Below, piece after piece: positions 1 to 8,952 of a stretch of DNA of 64,000 bases; positions within the stretch are counted from its first letter, which is position 1; each line of letters begins with the position of its first letter. The notes under the pieces are model-generated. The model was not told the DNA's origin, made no database searches, and saw only the letters and a program-made list of their open reading frames with translations. Made by a program: the position numbers and the translations under genes. Source of the DNA: Candidatus Eiseniibacteriota bacterium (GTDB lineage Bacteria; Eisenbacteria; RBG-16-71-46); the NCBI GenBank assembly GCA_963744995.1, contig CAVUWA010000010.1:64001-128000 (forward strand). The letters run 5' to 3'.

Positions 1-198
1 GCGATCCTGCTCGCGGTGATGCCGTCGCTGCTGCTGGTGTTCGCGCGCAGCGAGAAGGTGACCCAGGACTGGCGCAGCACCGGCCTCGACAGCGACGTCG
101 AGCTGCTCGAGGACATCCTGTCGGGCGAGGTCGTGCACTCCATGGCTGGCTCGCCGCGCGGCGCGGTCGACACGCGCTTCGGGGCGCGGGGGCGGTGA
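1..198 (+). CDS. 3' end of a gene entering from the window edge; product unknown
   Basis: Open frame from base 1 to TGA at 196-198 with high-GC3 codon usage (AILLAVMPSLLLVFARSEKVTQDW...). The N-terminus is outside the window. Confidence 0.5.
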   Translation, partial: AILLAVMPSLLLVFARSEKVTQDWRSTGLDSDVELLEDILSGEVVHSMAGSPRGAVDTRFGARGR

Positions 199-278
199 AG
201 CGGAGTTCTGCAGGGACGGGGATCGGGGCGTCGGTCGGGAACCGGCGCCCCGTGGTCGGCCGGGATCGATGGGCCGCG

Positions 279-3032
279 TCAGTCGAGCACAGCGACCCGG
301 GAGACTGCGTGGTTCTCGCCCTGCTCGAGCCGGATGAAGTAGAGGCCCGGCGCGACGCGCCGACCGTCCGCCAGATCGATCGAATGGTAGCCCGCACCGA
401 GCGTCCCGACCGGCCGCGCCGCCACTCGTCGCCCGGCGATATCGATCAACTCGAGCGTTGCCGGCGCGGATCTCGTGAGCGCGAAATGCACGACGAGCCG
501 GCCGCCGATCGCGGGGCTCGGCCACGCCCCGTCCAGTCCAAAGGCGACGGCTGCGCCGTCCGAGACGTCCGTGGTCTGCGCGGGCCCGACGAGGGCGAAT
601 GCGCTCTCGTTGCCGTTGAAATCCACGGCGGACAGTTTGTAGTAACTCCCCGCCGCTCCGGGATCAGCGTAGCTCGTATCGGTCGTGGCCGTGACGAGAT
701 TGCCCGGGGCAGGCGTGAAGTCGGCGCTCGTTCCCCGGTAGAGGCGGAACGACGCGAAGTCGCCGGTGGTGCTCACGCCCCAGTGCAGGTGCGTGGCGCC
801 CGCTGCGTAGGCGGCAGTGAACGGAGAGGGTGCCGGCGGTGAGAGATTGTCGACCGAAAAGCCGTTCTCGATGCCCGAGTCGAAGTAGTTGAGCGGGTCC
901 GCGGTCACCGCGCTCACGAAGAACGCGGAGTACTCGAGCGACGCGGCGGTGGCGTTGACCAGCGTCGGCACGACGACGTTGTATTCGGAGTCGCCGCGCG
1001 CCGTGAACGATCCGACCTGCTCCCAGCCGGCGAGCTGCACGGACGCGGGCGACACGCGCCGCGCGGGCTCACGCACCGCGGCGGATGCGGGCAACGGGTC
1101 GATGCGCCGGTAGACATCGTAGCGAAGGATCGTCGTACCGACCCCGGGCGCGTCGGCCGAACTGCGCAGGACGCGCAGGCGGACCTGGCCGCCCTGATCG
1201 TTGCCGATGTCCGAGACGAGCGCGATCGAGGCGGGCGTCGCGAACTTCTGGACGCGCGAATTGTGGCTGTCGCCGACGAAGACATTGCCGGTTTCATCCG
1301 TCACCACCGACCACGGTTCGTTGAACTGGCCTGCGCCGGAACCGGAGCCGCCCCACTGGCCGAGATAGGCGCCCTGACTCGTGAACTTCTGAATCCGATG
1401 ATTGTTCTTGTCCGCGACGTAGATGTTGCCGGACGCGTCCGCACAGACCGCAGCCGGGGTAGTGAATTGGCCATCCCCGCTGCCGGCCGAGCCCCACTCG
1501 GTGAGATAGACGCCTGTGCTGGTGAATTTTTGGATGCGCTGGTTGAACGTGTCCGCCACGTACACGTTCCCCGCGGCATCCACTCCCACGCCGTAGGGGG
1601 TCTTGAATTGACCGTTGGCAGAGCCGAAACCACCCCATTGCCTGACATAGGCTCCGGAGGTCGTGAAGACCTGGATGCGATGGTTGTTCGTGTCCGCGAC
1701 ATAGACATTTCCAGCGACATCCACCGCCACCCCGTAAGGAATGTTGAACTGGCCATTCCCCGAGCCGAGGCTGCCCCACTGCGTGACGTATGCGCCGGTG
1801 CTCGAGAACTTCTGAATGCGGTTGTTCTGAGAGTCGGCCACATACACGTTCCCCGCCGCGTCCGTTGCCAGGCCGACCGGCGCGCTCAACTGGCCCGCTC
1901 CCGATCCGAAGCTGCCCCACTGGGTCACGTATCCGCCGGTAGGCGTGAATTTCTGAATGCGATTGTCGGTGACATCAGCGACGTAGACATTGCCGGACGC
2001 GTCCAGGGCGACACCCCTGCACTGGAGGAACTGCCCGTTGCCTGTCCCGTACGATCCCCATGTCAACAGGAATCCCGGCGCGCCGCCGGACACCGTCGCG
2101 CCGGCGCCACCGAACTTCTGGACCCGGTGATTGAAGGTATCGAGGACGTAGACGTTGGCCTCCGCGTCGACGGCCAGACCGTATGGCGCATCGAACTCAC
2201 CGTCACCGGTGCCGGTCGAGCCCCACTCGGTGAGGAAGGTTCCTTCGCCGCTGAATTTCTGGATCCGATTGTTGCCCACATCGGATACATACACGTTGCC
2301 CGCCGGGTCCATTGCCACACCGAACGGCCCGGAGAACTGACCTGCGGCGCTGCCCGTACCACCCCATTGGGCGATGTAGACGCCGTCGCCGTCGAATTTC
2401 TGAATCCGGTCGTTGCCGGAGTCCGCGACGTAGACGTTGCCGGCGGCATCCGTGGCCAGGCCGAGGGGATTGGTGAATTGCCCGTCTCCGCTGCCGCCGG
2501 TGCCCCATTGGGCCAGGTAGGTTCCGCCGCTCGTGAACTTCTGGATTCGATTGTTCTGAAAGTCGGCGACGTACACATTGCCCGAGGGACCGACGACCAC
2601 GCCCACCGGAGTGTCGAACTGACCGTCGCCGGTTCCGAAGGTTCCCCACTCCGTCAGATAGACGCCGGCCCCGGTGAACACCTGAATACGACTGTTGACG
2701 GCGTCCGCGACGTAGATATTGCCGGCGGCGTCGACCGCCAGACCCGCAGGTTGATCGAACTGCCCGGGGCCGCTGCCCACGCTGCCCCAGGAGAGGATCG
2801 GATTCCCCAGGCGGTCGAACTTCTGGATGCGGTTGTTGTAGGTGTCCGAGATGTAGACGTCGCCGACCGCGTTCGTGACCGCCCCGTCCGGGTAGTTGAA
2901 CTGTCCGGGGTTTGAACCGAGCCCGCCCCACGCGAAGAGAAAAGCAGGGGTCGTGGGCGCCGTGCCAGCCGAAGTTGCGGCAGGGAGGAGCAAAAGGACC
3001 AGGAGGGCTGTCAAGCCGAAGCTGCGGGGCAT
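279..3032 (-). CDS. Secreted NHL-repeat (double beta-propeller) protein with C-terminal FlgD-Ig/T9SS-A-like domain
   Basis: Signal peptide; ~12 repeats of GQFxxPxGvAvDaaGNVYVAD.xN.RIQKF; NDQG...VPTL...DNLSPPAP module; CTD PSP...DIAGRRV...PGLYFIRL; AGGAG RBS upstream. Confidence 0.9.
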   Translation of the reverse strand: MPRSFGLTALLVLLLLPAATSAGTAPTTPAFLFAWGGLGSNPGQFNYPDGAVTNAVGDVYISDTYNNRIQKFDRLGNPILSWGSVGSGPGQFDQPAGLAVDAAGNIYVADAVNSRIQVFTGAGVYLTEWGTFGTGDGQFDTPVGVVVGPSGNVYVADFQNNRIQKFTSGGTYLAQWGTGGSGDGQFTNPLGLATDAAGNVYVADSGNDRIQKFDGDGVYIAQWGGTGSAAGQFSGPFGVAMDPAGNVYVSDVGNNRIQKFSGEGTFLTEWGSTGTGDGEFDAPYGLAVDAEANVYVLDTFNHRVQKFGGAGATVSGGAPGFLLTWGSYGTGNGQFLQCRGVALDASGNVYVADVTDNRIQKFTPTGGYVTQWGSFGSGAGQLSAPVGLATDAAGNVYVADSQNNRIQKFSSTGAYVTQWGSLGSGNGQFNIPYGVAVDVAGNVYVADTNNHRIQVFTTSGAYVRQWGGFGSANGQFKTPYGVGVDAAGNVYVADTFNQRIQKFTSTGVYLTEWGSAGSGDGQFTTPAAVCADASGNIYVADKNNHRIQKFTSQGAYLGQWGGSGSGAGQFNEPWSVVTDETGNVFVGDSHNSRVQKFATPASIALVSDIGNDQGGQVRLRVLRSSADAPGVGTTILRYDVYRRIDPLPASAAVREPARRVSPASVQLAGWEQVGSFTARGDSEYNVVVPTLVNATAASLEYSAFFVSAVTADPLNYFDSGIENGFSVDNLSPPAPSPFTAAYAAGATHLHWGVSTTGDFASFRLYRGTSADFTPAPGNLVTATTDTSYADPGAAGSYYKLSAVDFNGNESAFALVGPAQTTDVSDGAAVAFGLDGAWPSPAIGGRLVVHFALTRSAPATLELIDIAGRRVAARPVGTLGAGYHSIDLADGRRVAPGLYFIRLEQGENHAVSRVAVLD

Positions 3033-3131
3033 GGGAGACTCCTAGCTTGGAGGAGGCGCGGAGATGAGGAGGCGATCCCAGCCGGCGGTGCCGGTCGATC
3101 GTGCGGCGGTCACCCCTCGCGGATGTCTGAA

Positions 3132-3160
3132 ATTCTAGGTGCGATACGTGAGCGTGTCAC
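3132..3160 (-). promoter_or_regulatory. Sigma70-like promoter for the NHL gene
   Basis: Minus strand GTGACA-N17-TAGAAT, ~100 bp upstream of the ATG at 3032. Confidence 0.55.
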
Positions 3161-3202
3161 GCGCAAAGGCCCGCCATCTCCTCTCTCCTGCCTGGGAGCG
3201 CC

Positions 3203-5983
3203 TCACCTCAGCAAAACGACTTCCCGCTGCGTCGCCTTGCCCGCCGCCACCAGCCGCACGAAGAACACGCCCGGGGTGACGCGCGCGCCCTGCTCGTCGG
3301 CGCCGTCCCAGGCGAGCGTGTGGTGGCCGGCGGCGAGCGTCCCGTGTGCGAGCGTCCGCACACGGCGGCCGGCCACGTCGAACACGGTGAGGCGCACGGG
3401 CCCCTCGGTCGGTAGCTCGAAGTCGAGTGTCGTTCCCTCCCCGACCGGGTTGGGACGCGCGGGTGCGAGCCTCAGCCCCGCGACCGCCCCCGGTTCCACG
3501 CCCACCGGATTGGTGTTCGTTGTCGTCTCGAACCGGACCAGCGCGAAATTGTGGTCGTCGTCGAGCCGCTGGTAGCCGCCGAGCAGCACGTGATCCAGGC
3601 CGTCGAAGCACACACCCGTCGCGGACTGATCGTCTCCGGGCAGCGTCCACTGTCCGTGGGTCGTCTCAGTGCCGTTGCTCTGCGCGAACTGTGCCCAGCC
3701 CACGTTCTGGCCGACCGCACCCGCCAGGACAAGCTGGCCGTCGGTGCGCACGTCGATGGCGTAGGCCGCCCCCTCCGCGAACCAGTCCTTCGTCACGAAG
3801 CCGCTCGGCCAGAGGGTGCAGCCGTGGGTGTTGCATTTCGCCAGGGCGCCGGCCGACGTGTACCGCGCGAGCGCGAACACGGTGTGGCCGCCGGTCTCGT
3901 GCGAGCCCGCCGCGTAGATGCGCCCGTCGGTCCCGAAGCCCAGCGCGTTCAGGTAGTCGTTCCCGCCCAGGTCGGTGCGAGCGTAGCCCGAGCTGCCGAA
4001 GGTGCCGTCCAGCGCGCCGCTCGAGGTGAAGGCAACCAGGGCGAAGTCGCCGTCCACGAATCCGCCCAGGACGACCCGTCCGCTCGGCTCGACCAGCAAC
4101 GACGACACCCACTGGCTCGAAGCGCCCGGGAAGTCGAACGTCTGCTTGCCGCCGCTGCCGAACGAGGCGTCGAGGGCGCCGTCGCTCGTCAACTGCGCCA
4201 CTCCGAACTCGAAGTGCGAACCGTCGAAGACCGGGCCCGCCACCAGCACGCGGCCGTCCTGCGTCAGCGCGACGGCGGTTCCGTAGTCGATGCCGCCGAA
4301 GAAGTCCGCGACGTTGTCGCCGAAGAACCCGAATGTGGGATCGGGCGTACCGTCCGCCTCGAAGCGGGCGACCAGGAAGTTCACGCCGTTGCCCGTACCT
4401 TCGTAGCCAGCGGCGACGATCCGACCATCGGGCTGGATGGCCACGGCCCGGCAGGCGTCGTCGTTGCTGAAGTCGAGCGAGGCGCGCCCGTGCGAGCCGA
4501 ACGAGTCGTCGATCGAGCCGTCGGGCAGGAATCGCATGAGGCCGAAGTCGCTCTCGTTGTATCCGATCTCGGCCACGTAGCCGGCGGCGATGAAGCGTCC
4601 GTCCTGCTGGCGCGCGAGCGCGTAGGCGACCTCCTGGGAGCCGGACGGGAAGGCCGCGTCGTCGAACCCCGCGGTCTGCCAGCCGCCGGTGTCGCTGGTG
4701 AGCCCTGGCCACATGCGGTACAGCCCGCAGCCGTCGACGCCCGGCAGGAGCATGACGATGCGTCCGTCGGGCATGAGCGAGAGCGAGGGGAACTGATCGG
4801 TCCCCGCGTCCCCCCCGGACGGATCGGCGGGCCCGATCTGGCCCGTGCCATAGCCATATTGGTCGATCGTGTAATCGGAACTGCCGTCGACGTTCAGCCG
4901 ATGGAGGATCCCTTCGCCCGAGAGCGCGTACTCCATCAGCACCATCCGGCCATCGCCCATCATGGCGAGATCCGTGAACTGCCACACGGACGAGACGCTC
5001 AGCTTCCCGTCGCCGTCGAGCGTGGGGTCGAGTGAGCCATCCGCGACCAGGTATCTCGCCACGCGCTGAGCACCGGCTGCGATGATCTTTCCGTCGTGGA
5101 TCGCGACGGCCCGGGCGGTCTCGACGTCGCCGAAGCCGGTCGTCAGCTTGCCGTCGCCGTCGAAGCTCGGATCGAGCGTTCCATCGACGTTCAACCGCGC
5201 GAGGGCGAAGTCGCTGTCGTAGAGTGGAAACCCGTCCTGCTTCCCGCCGGCGAGCACGATCCGACCATCGTCCTGCAGCGCGGCGTCGTAGCACTTGTCG
5301 TCGGCGCCGAAGCCGATCGTGGTCTTGCCGTCCCCGCTGAAGGTCGGATCCAGGGCACCGTTGGTGTTCAGTCGCGCCGCCGAGAAGTCCCAGTCGCCAC
5401 CGACGTAGGAGTAGCCCGCGAGCACGATCTTCCCGTCGGGCTGAATCAGCACCTTCTCGGCGATGTCGGTGTCGCTCGAGATCGGAAAGTGGATGTAGCC
5501 GCTCCCGTTGAACGCCGGATCGAGCGCCCCGCCGGTGGTCAGCCGGATCACCAGGTAGTCGGCGGTTCCGGTGTCGGTGTAGCCAGCGACCACGATCCGG
5601 CCATCGGGCTGGAGGGCGACGCTGCGCGCACGGGTGGGGAAATGCAGGTTGGAGAGGACCATCGTGCCGCCGTTCCCGAAAGTCCCGTCGAACGTGCCGT
5701 CCACGCGCCGGCGCACGACGATCAGGTTGTCACCGCTGTGACCCGCCAGCACGATCCGACCGTCGGGCTGGACCACGTGCGTGGTGAGGTTCTGCGTCAG
5801 CGTGTACTGACCGGCGGAGCCGAAGCCGGCGTAGGTCCGGTCCAGGTCGCCCGGATCGGCGAGGACAGACGTCGCGCAGACGATCCCGAACCCCGTCACT
5901 AGAGCGGCCAGGGCCCGGCGTGAGCCGAGGGTCGAGACGATTCGCCACGTCGCGCGGCGAGTCGCGGGATGCAGGAAACGCAT
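3203..5983 (-). CDS. Secreted delta-60 repeat protein with C-terminal FlgD-Ig/T9SS-A-like domain
   Basis: Many QPDGRIVxAG...RLxxDGxLDPxFxxxG repeats; CTD RPNP...FDVAGRRVRTL...WDG.DE.G...PGVFFVRL; GGAGG RBS. Confidence 0.9.
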   Translation of the reverse strand: MRFLHPATRRATWRIVSTLGSRRALAALVTGFGIVCATSVLADPGDLDRTYAGFGSAGQYTLTQNLTTHVVQPDGRIVLAGHSGDNLIVVRRRVDGTFDGTFGNGGTMVLSNLHFPTRARSVALQPDGRIVVAGYTDTGTADYLVIRLTTGGALDPAFNGSGYIHFPISSDTDIAEKVLIQPDGKIVLAGYSYVGGDWDFSAARLNTNGALDPTFSGDGKTTIGFGADDKCYDAALQDDGRIVLAGGKQDGFPLYDSDFALARLNVDGTLDPSFDGDGKLTTGFGDVETARAVAIHDGKIIAAGAQRVARYLVADGSLDPTLDGDGKLSVSSVWQFTDLAMMGDGRMVLMEYALSGEGILHRLNVDGSSDYTIDQYGYGTGQIGPADPSGGDAGTDQFPSLSLMPDGRIVMLLPGVDGCGLYRMWPGLTSDTGGWQTAGFDDAAFPSGSQEVAYALARQQDGRFIAAGYVAEIGYNESDFGLMRFLPDGSIDDSFGSHGRASLDFSNDDACRAVAIQPDGRIVAAGYEGTGNGVNFLVARFEADGTPDPTFGFFGDNVADFFGGIDYGTAVALTQDGRVLVAGPVFDGSHFEFGVAQLTSDGALDASFGSGGKQTFDFPGASSQWVSSLLVEPSGRVVLGGFVDGDFALVAFTSSGALDGTFGSSGYARTDLGGNDYLNALGFGTDGRIYAAGSHETGGHTVFALARYTSAGALAKCNTHGCTLWPSGFVTKDWFAEGAAYAIDVRTDGQLVLAGAVGQNVGWAQFAQSNGTETTHGQWTLPGDDQSATGVCFDGLDHVLLGGYQRLDDDHNFALVRFETTTNTNPVGVEPGAVAGLRLAPARPNPVGEGTTLDFELPTEGPVRLTVFDVAGRRVRTLAHGTLAAGHHTLAWDGADEQGARVTPGVFFVRLVAAGKATQREVVLLR

Positions 5984-6252
5984 GGCAGGCCTCCCAGGGG
6001 TTCGCTACGGCGCACCCGCGAGCCGATGCGGGCACCTACCCTGTCCCTACGGGTGAGCGTCGCCGGGCGAACAGGCCGCTCGCCGGGCCCGTTCGTTGCG
6101 GAGGCGCCGTGCGAGCCTGCCCCGTCGACAGCCAGAGGACCCGTGCGTCCTTCGCTGCGTCCCATCACGACAGCGGCGAGGGTCCCCTGAATCAGGCTGA
6201 TCCCCGGCCCCGCCGGGGCGAAGATGACCCGAAGGTGGATCGGCAGGCCAGG

Positions 6253-6290
6253 TTCAGGGTGGAGCGGCGCTGGACGCGGGCGTAGGCTGG
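6253..6290 (+). repeat. Dispersed non-coding element, copy 1 (promoter-like core TGGAGC-N17-TAGGCT)
   Basis: TTCAGGGTGGAGCGGCGCTGGACGCGGGCGTAGGCTGG matches the copies at 17402-17502, 20969-21069 and 28404-28443. Confidence 0.75.
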
Positions 6291-6376
6291 TTGTAGACGC
6301 ACGAATCAACCCGCCGGAAATCCGTTTGCCGGCGGAGCCACGGGCCCAGAATTCGCAGATCGAAGGAGGTTCCGCC

Positions 6377-7588
6377 ATGCGAAGGTCGCATCCTCCCCTC
6401 GCCGCCCTCGCGGCCCTGGCCGTCATCACGCTGCTCGCCGTGCCCCGGGTGCACGCTGATTCGGGTGCCGTAGTGATTCTCGTGGATCGCAGCGCGAGCA
6501 TGAACGACAGTGGCAAGTGGTCGGTCACCACCCAGGCTCTGGTCGACGCCCTCGACCGGGACAGCTTCGACGGGCTCGAGATCGGCCTCGTGGCCTCGCC
6601 GAACGGGACGGTCACCGGACCGGCCTGCGTCTTCAACTTCCCCGTACCCTGCGCCTATCCGCTGCTGCCGCAGATCGTGATCGCGCCGGCAGGCCCCAAG
6701 GCGTCGGTGGGACCCGGTCACCGCCGCGACCTGCGCGACTGGCTCACGGTCACGATGCCCGTCGACGCGGCGAACGGCGACGGGCAGCCCCTCTACGGGG
6801 CGATAGCGACGGCGATCTCGGCGCTGCAGGGCTGGGCCGGCTCCGGTCCCCGCGTCCTCCTCGTGCTCACCGACGGGGGGATCGGCTGCGCGCAGCTCTC
6901 GCCCCGCCCCGGGTACGCCGACTGCAACGGCTGCGACCATGAGTGGGAGAACCCGCTGACCATCGTGCAGTTGGTCGCGGACGCAAACGCCGACGCGTCG
7001 AAGCCGGTCGAGACGTTCGTCGTGGGACTTCCCGGCTCGGACTCGTACGACGCCACGGCCTGCAGCTTCCCGCCCTACCACATGAAACTCGCCCTCAGCG
7101 CGATCGCCGCCGCGGGAGCCCCGGAGCAGGTGCCCACGGACTGCGATGGACGGACGTACACGCAGGGCGGCGGTGACCCGTCGGTGCCGTGTCATGACGA
7201 CTTGAGCGGAGACTTCTCGCAGCAGGCACTCGCCGACGACGTCGAAGCGCTCACCCTCTTGGTGACGGGCGCGAACACCGGGGTGCCGGTTCTCGTGGGT
7301 GGCGCCGCCGGGGCGCTTGCGCTGGCGCCGGCCCACCCGAATCCCGCGCGCCACGCGACGACGCTCCGCTTCACGCTGCCTCGCGGGACCCGGACGCGCA
7401 TCACCGTGCACGACCTGGCCGGTCGTCTGGTGCGAACGCTGGCGGATGCCTGGCTCGCGCCCGGCGGCTATTCGCTCGACTGGGACCTGCACGACGGCGC
7501 CGGCAGCCCGGTGGCGGGTGGCCTCTACTTCGTGCAGCTCTCGAGCGGCGGCGCTTCCCGCACCGGGCGGATTTCCGTCGTGCGTTGA
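6377..7588 (+). CDS. Secreted Cys-rich vWA-domain protein with C-terminal FlgD-Ig/T9SS-A-like domain
   Basis: AAGGAGG RBS before ATG 6377; signal peptide; MIDAS DRSAS and LTDG; CTD HPNP...HDLAGRLVRTL...GGLYFVQL. Confidence 0.85.
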   Translation: MRRSHPPLAALAALAVITLLAVPRVHADSGAVVILVDRSASMNDSGKWSVTTQALVDALDRDSFDGLEIGLVASPNGTVTGPACVFNFPVPCAYPLLPQIVIAPAGPKASVGPGHRRDLRDWLTVTMPVDAANGDGQPLYGAIATAISALQGWAGSGPRVLLVLTDGGIGCAQLSPRPGYADCNGCDHEWENPLTIVQLVADANADASKPVETFVVGLPGSDSYDATACSFPPYHMKLALSAIAAAGAPEQVPTDCDGRTYTQGGGDPSVPCHDDLSGDFSQQALADDVEALTLLVTGANTGVPVLVGGAAGALALAPAHPNPARHATTLRFTLPRGTRTRITVHDLAGRLVRTLADAWLAPGGYSLDWDLHDGAGSPVAGGLYFVQLSSGGASRTGRISVVR

Positions 7589-8027
7589 CGCACGATGGCC
7601 CGTGGCCCCGGACGGGCGCGCGTGCCGTCATCGCAGCCGCACGATGCGCCGTGCGAGCCTGCGGCCCGACGACTCGATGCCGACAAACAGGCAGCGGCGA
7701 CATGACTCCTCACTTCCGGAATCTCCTGATCAACTCGACCGTGGCGGGATCCTGTCACGGTTCGCCGTCTCGTTCGATGCCGAGAGCCGTCTGTTGCGAA
7801 TCGCGCCGGGAGCGGACGCGCTGATACCGCCGGCCGGCGCTCACTGAGAGACTCTCTCGACCTCGACATGCTCACGGTGCACGCGCGCGCGACTCGCGCG
7901 ACCGACGGACGAACGGCGGCGGGCGTGCAGGGCAACAGGATGATCGGGCCACTGGGGCCGCCGGGTTCTGCTAGTCTTGCGTGGTCGTGCGGTCGCTTCG
8001 TCCAACTTCGTCCACGGAGGGGAGTCC

Positions 8028-8846
8028 ATGCGCAACGCCCATTCGATGGGTGTCCTGCTGTTCGGCCTGGTGCTGGCCACCGGCGCTTCGGCCGACGTCA
8101 CGATCAGGATCAAGGAGACCCGCGGCCTCGATCGGAAACAGCCGGAGGTCAGCACGGGCACGATGCGCTTCAACGCGGATTGCATGGCCTCGAGTTGGGA
8201 AGGCGCCGAGGCCGAGCAAGGCCGGATGATCTTCCGTGGCGACAAGAACCTCATGTGGGTCGTCAACGACGAGCGGAAGAGCTACCAGCAGATCGACCAG
8301 GCGCTCATCGACCAGATGTCGAGCCAGATGACCGAAGCGCAGGCGCAGATGAAGGCGCAGATGGAGAAGATGCCCCCCGAGCAGCGCGCGCAGGTCGAGG
8401 AGATGATGAAGAAGATGGGCCGCGGCGTCCCGAGCGGTGACGCGCCGCAGAAGATGGAGTACCGCAAGACCGGCGAGACGAAGACGATCGACGGGCAGCC
8501 GTGCACGAAGTACGAGGCCTACTGGGGCAAGGACCTCGTCTCGTACGTCTGGGTAGCGCCCTATTCCTCGATGAAGCTGACCGAGAGCGACGCCGCCGTT
8601 TTCAAGAAGATGTCGGACTTCATGGCCGGGTTGACCAGCGCGTTCGGCAAGCCGCAGAAGCAGGATTACATCCCGATGCACGAGCTGAACGGCGTCCCGC
8701 TGCTGACCCAGCGCGTCGAGAACGGCAAGGTCACCTCCGAGACGCTGGTGGAGTCGGTGTCGCACGGCGCGGTCCCGTCGGCGGCTTTCGACCTGCCGGC
8801 GGGCTACAAGCTCCAGAAGATGGAGGGACTGAAGGGCCGCAAGTAA
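8028..8846 (+). CDS. Secreted DUF4412-like protein
   Basis: Signal peptide; Met/Gln-rich linker (MEKMPPEQRAQVEEMM); KTGETKTIDGQPCTKY and FDLPAGYK motifs; GGAG RBS. Confidence 0.75.
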   Translation: MRNAHSMGVLLFGLVLATGASADVTIRIKETRGLDRKQPEVSTGTMRFNADCMASSWEGAEAEQGRMIFRGDKNLMWVVNDERKSYQQIDQALIDQMSSQMTEAQAQMKAQMEKMPPEQRAQVEEMMKKMGRGVPSGDAPQKMEYRKTGETKTIDGQPCTKYEAYWGKDLVSYVWVAPYSSMKLTESDAAVFKKMSDFMAGLTSAFGKPQKQDYIPMHELNGVPLLTQRVENGKVTSETLVESVSHGAVPSAAFDLPAGYKLQKMEGLKGRK

Positions 8847-8917
8847 CCTCGCGAACCCAGGCGCCTTCGCGCGGGCGTGACCAACCGCCGGAACGACCCG
8901 GCGTGGCTTGATCGGGT

Positions 8918-8946
8918 TGGACGCCGATGTCGGCGCGACGTATTTT
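8918..8946 (+). promoter_or_regulatory. Sigma70-like promoter, probably leaderless, for the amidohydrolase
   Basis: TGGACG-N17-TATTTT followed by 6 nt and then ATG 8953; no Shine-Dalgarno. Confidence 0.45.
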
Positions 8947-8952
8947 GCCCCG

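Noticed and set aside
1263..2915. Long opposite-strand ORFs here and at 25475, 29211, 41217, 46955 and 53144
   Set aside because: Antisense shadows of real high-GC genes; they lack motifs, RBS and plausible composition.
279..5983. Strong periodic nucleotide repeats suggesting a CRISPR or DGR-like array
   Set aside because: They are degenerate in-frame NHL and delta-60 protein repeats. There are no constant repeats with unique spacers, and no cas or reverse transcriptase gene in the window.
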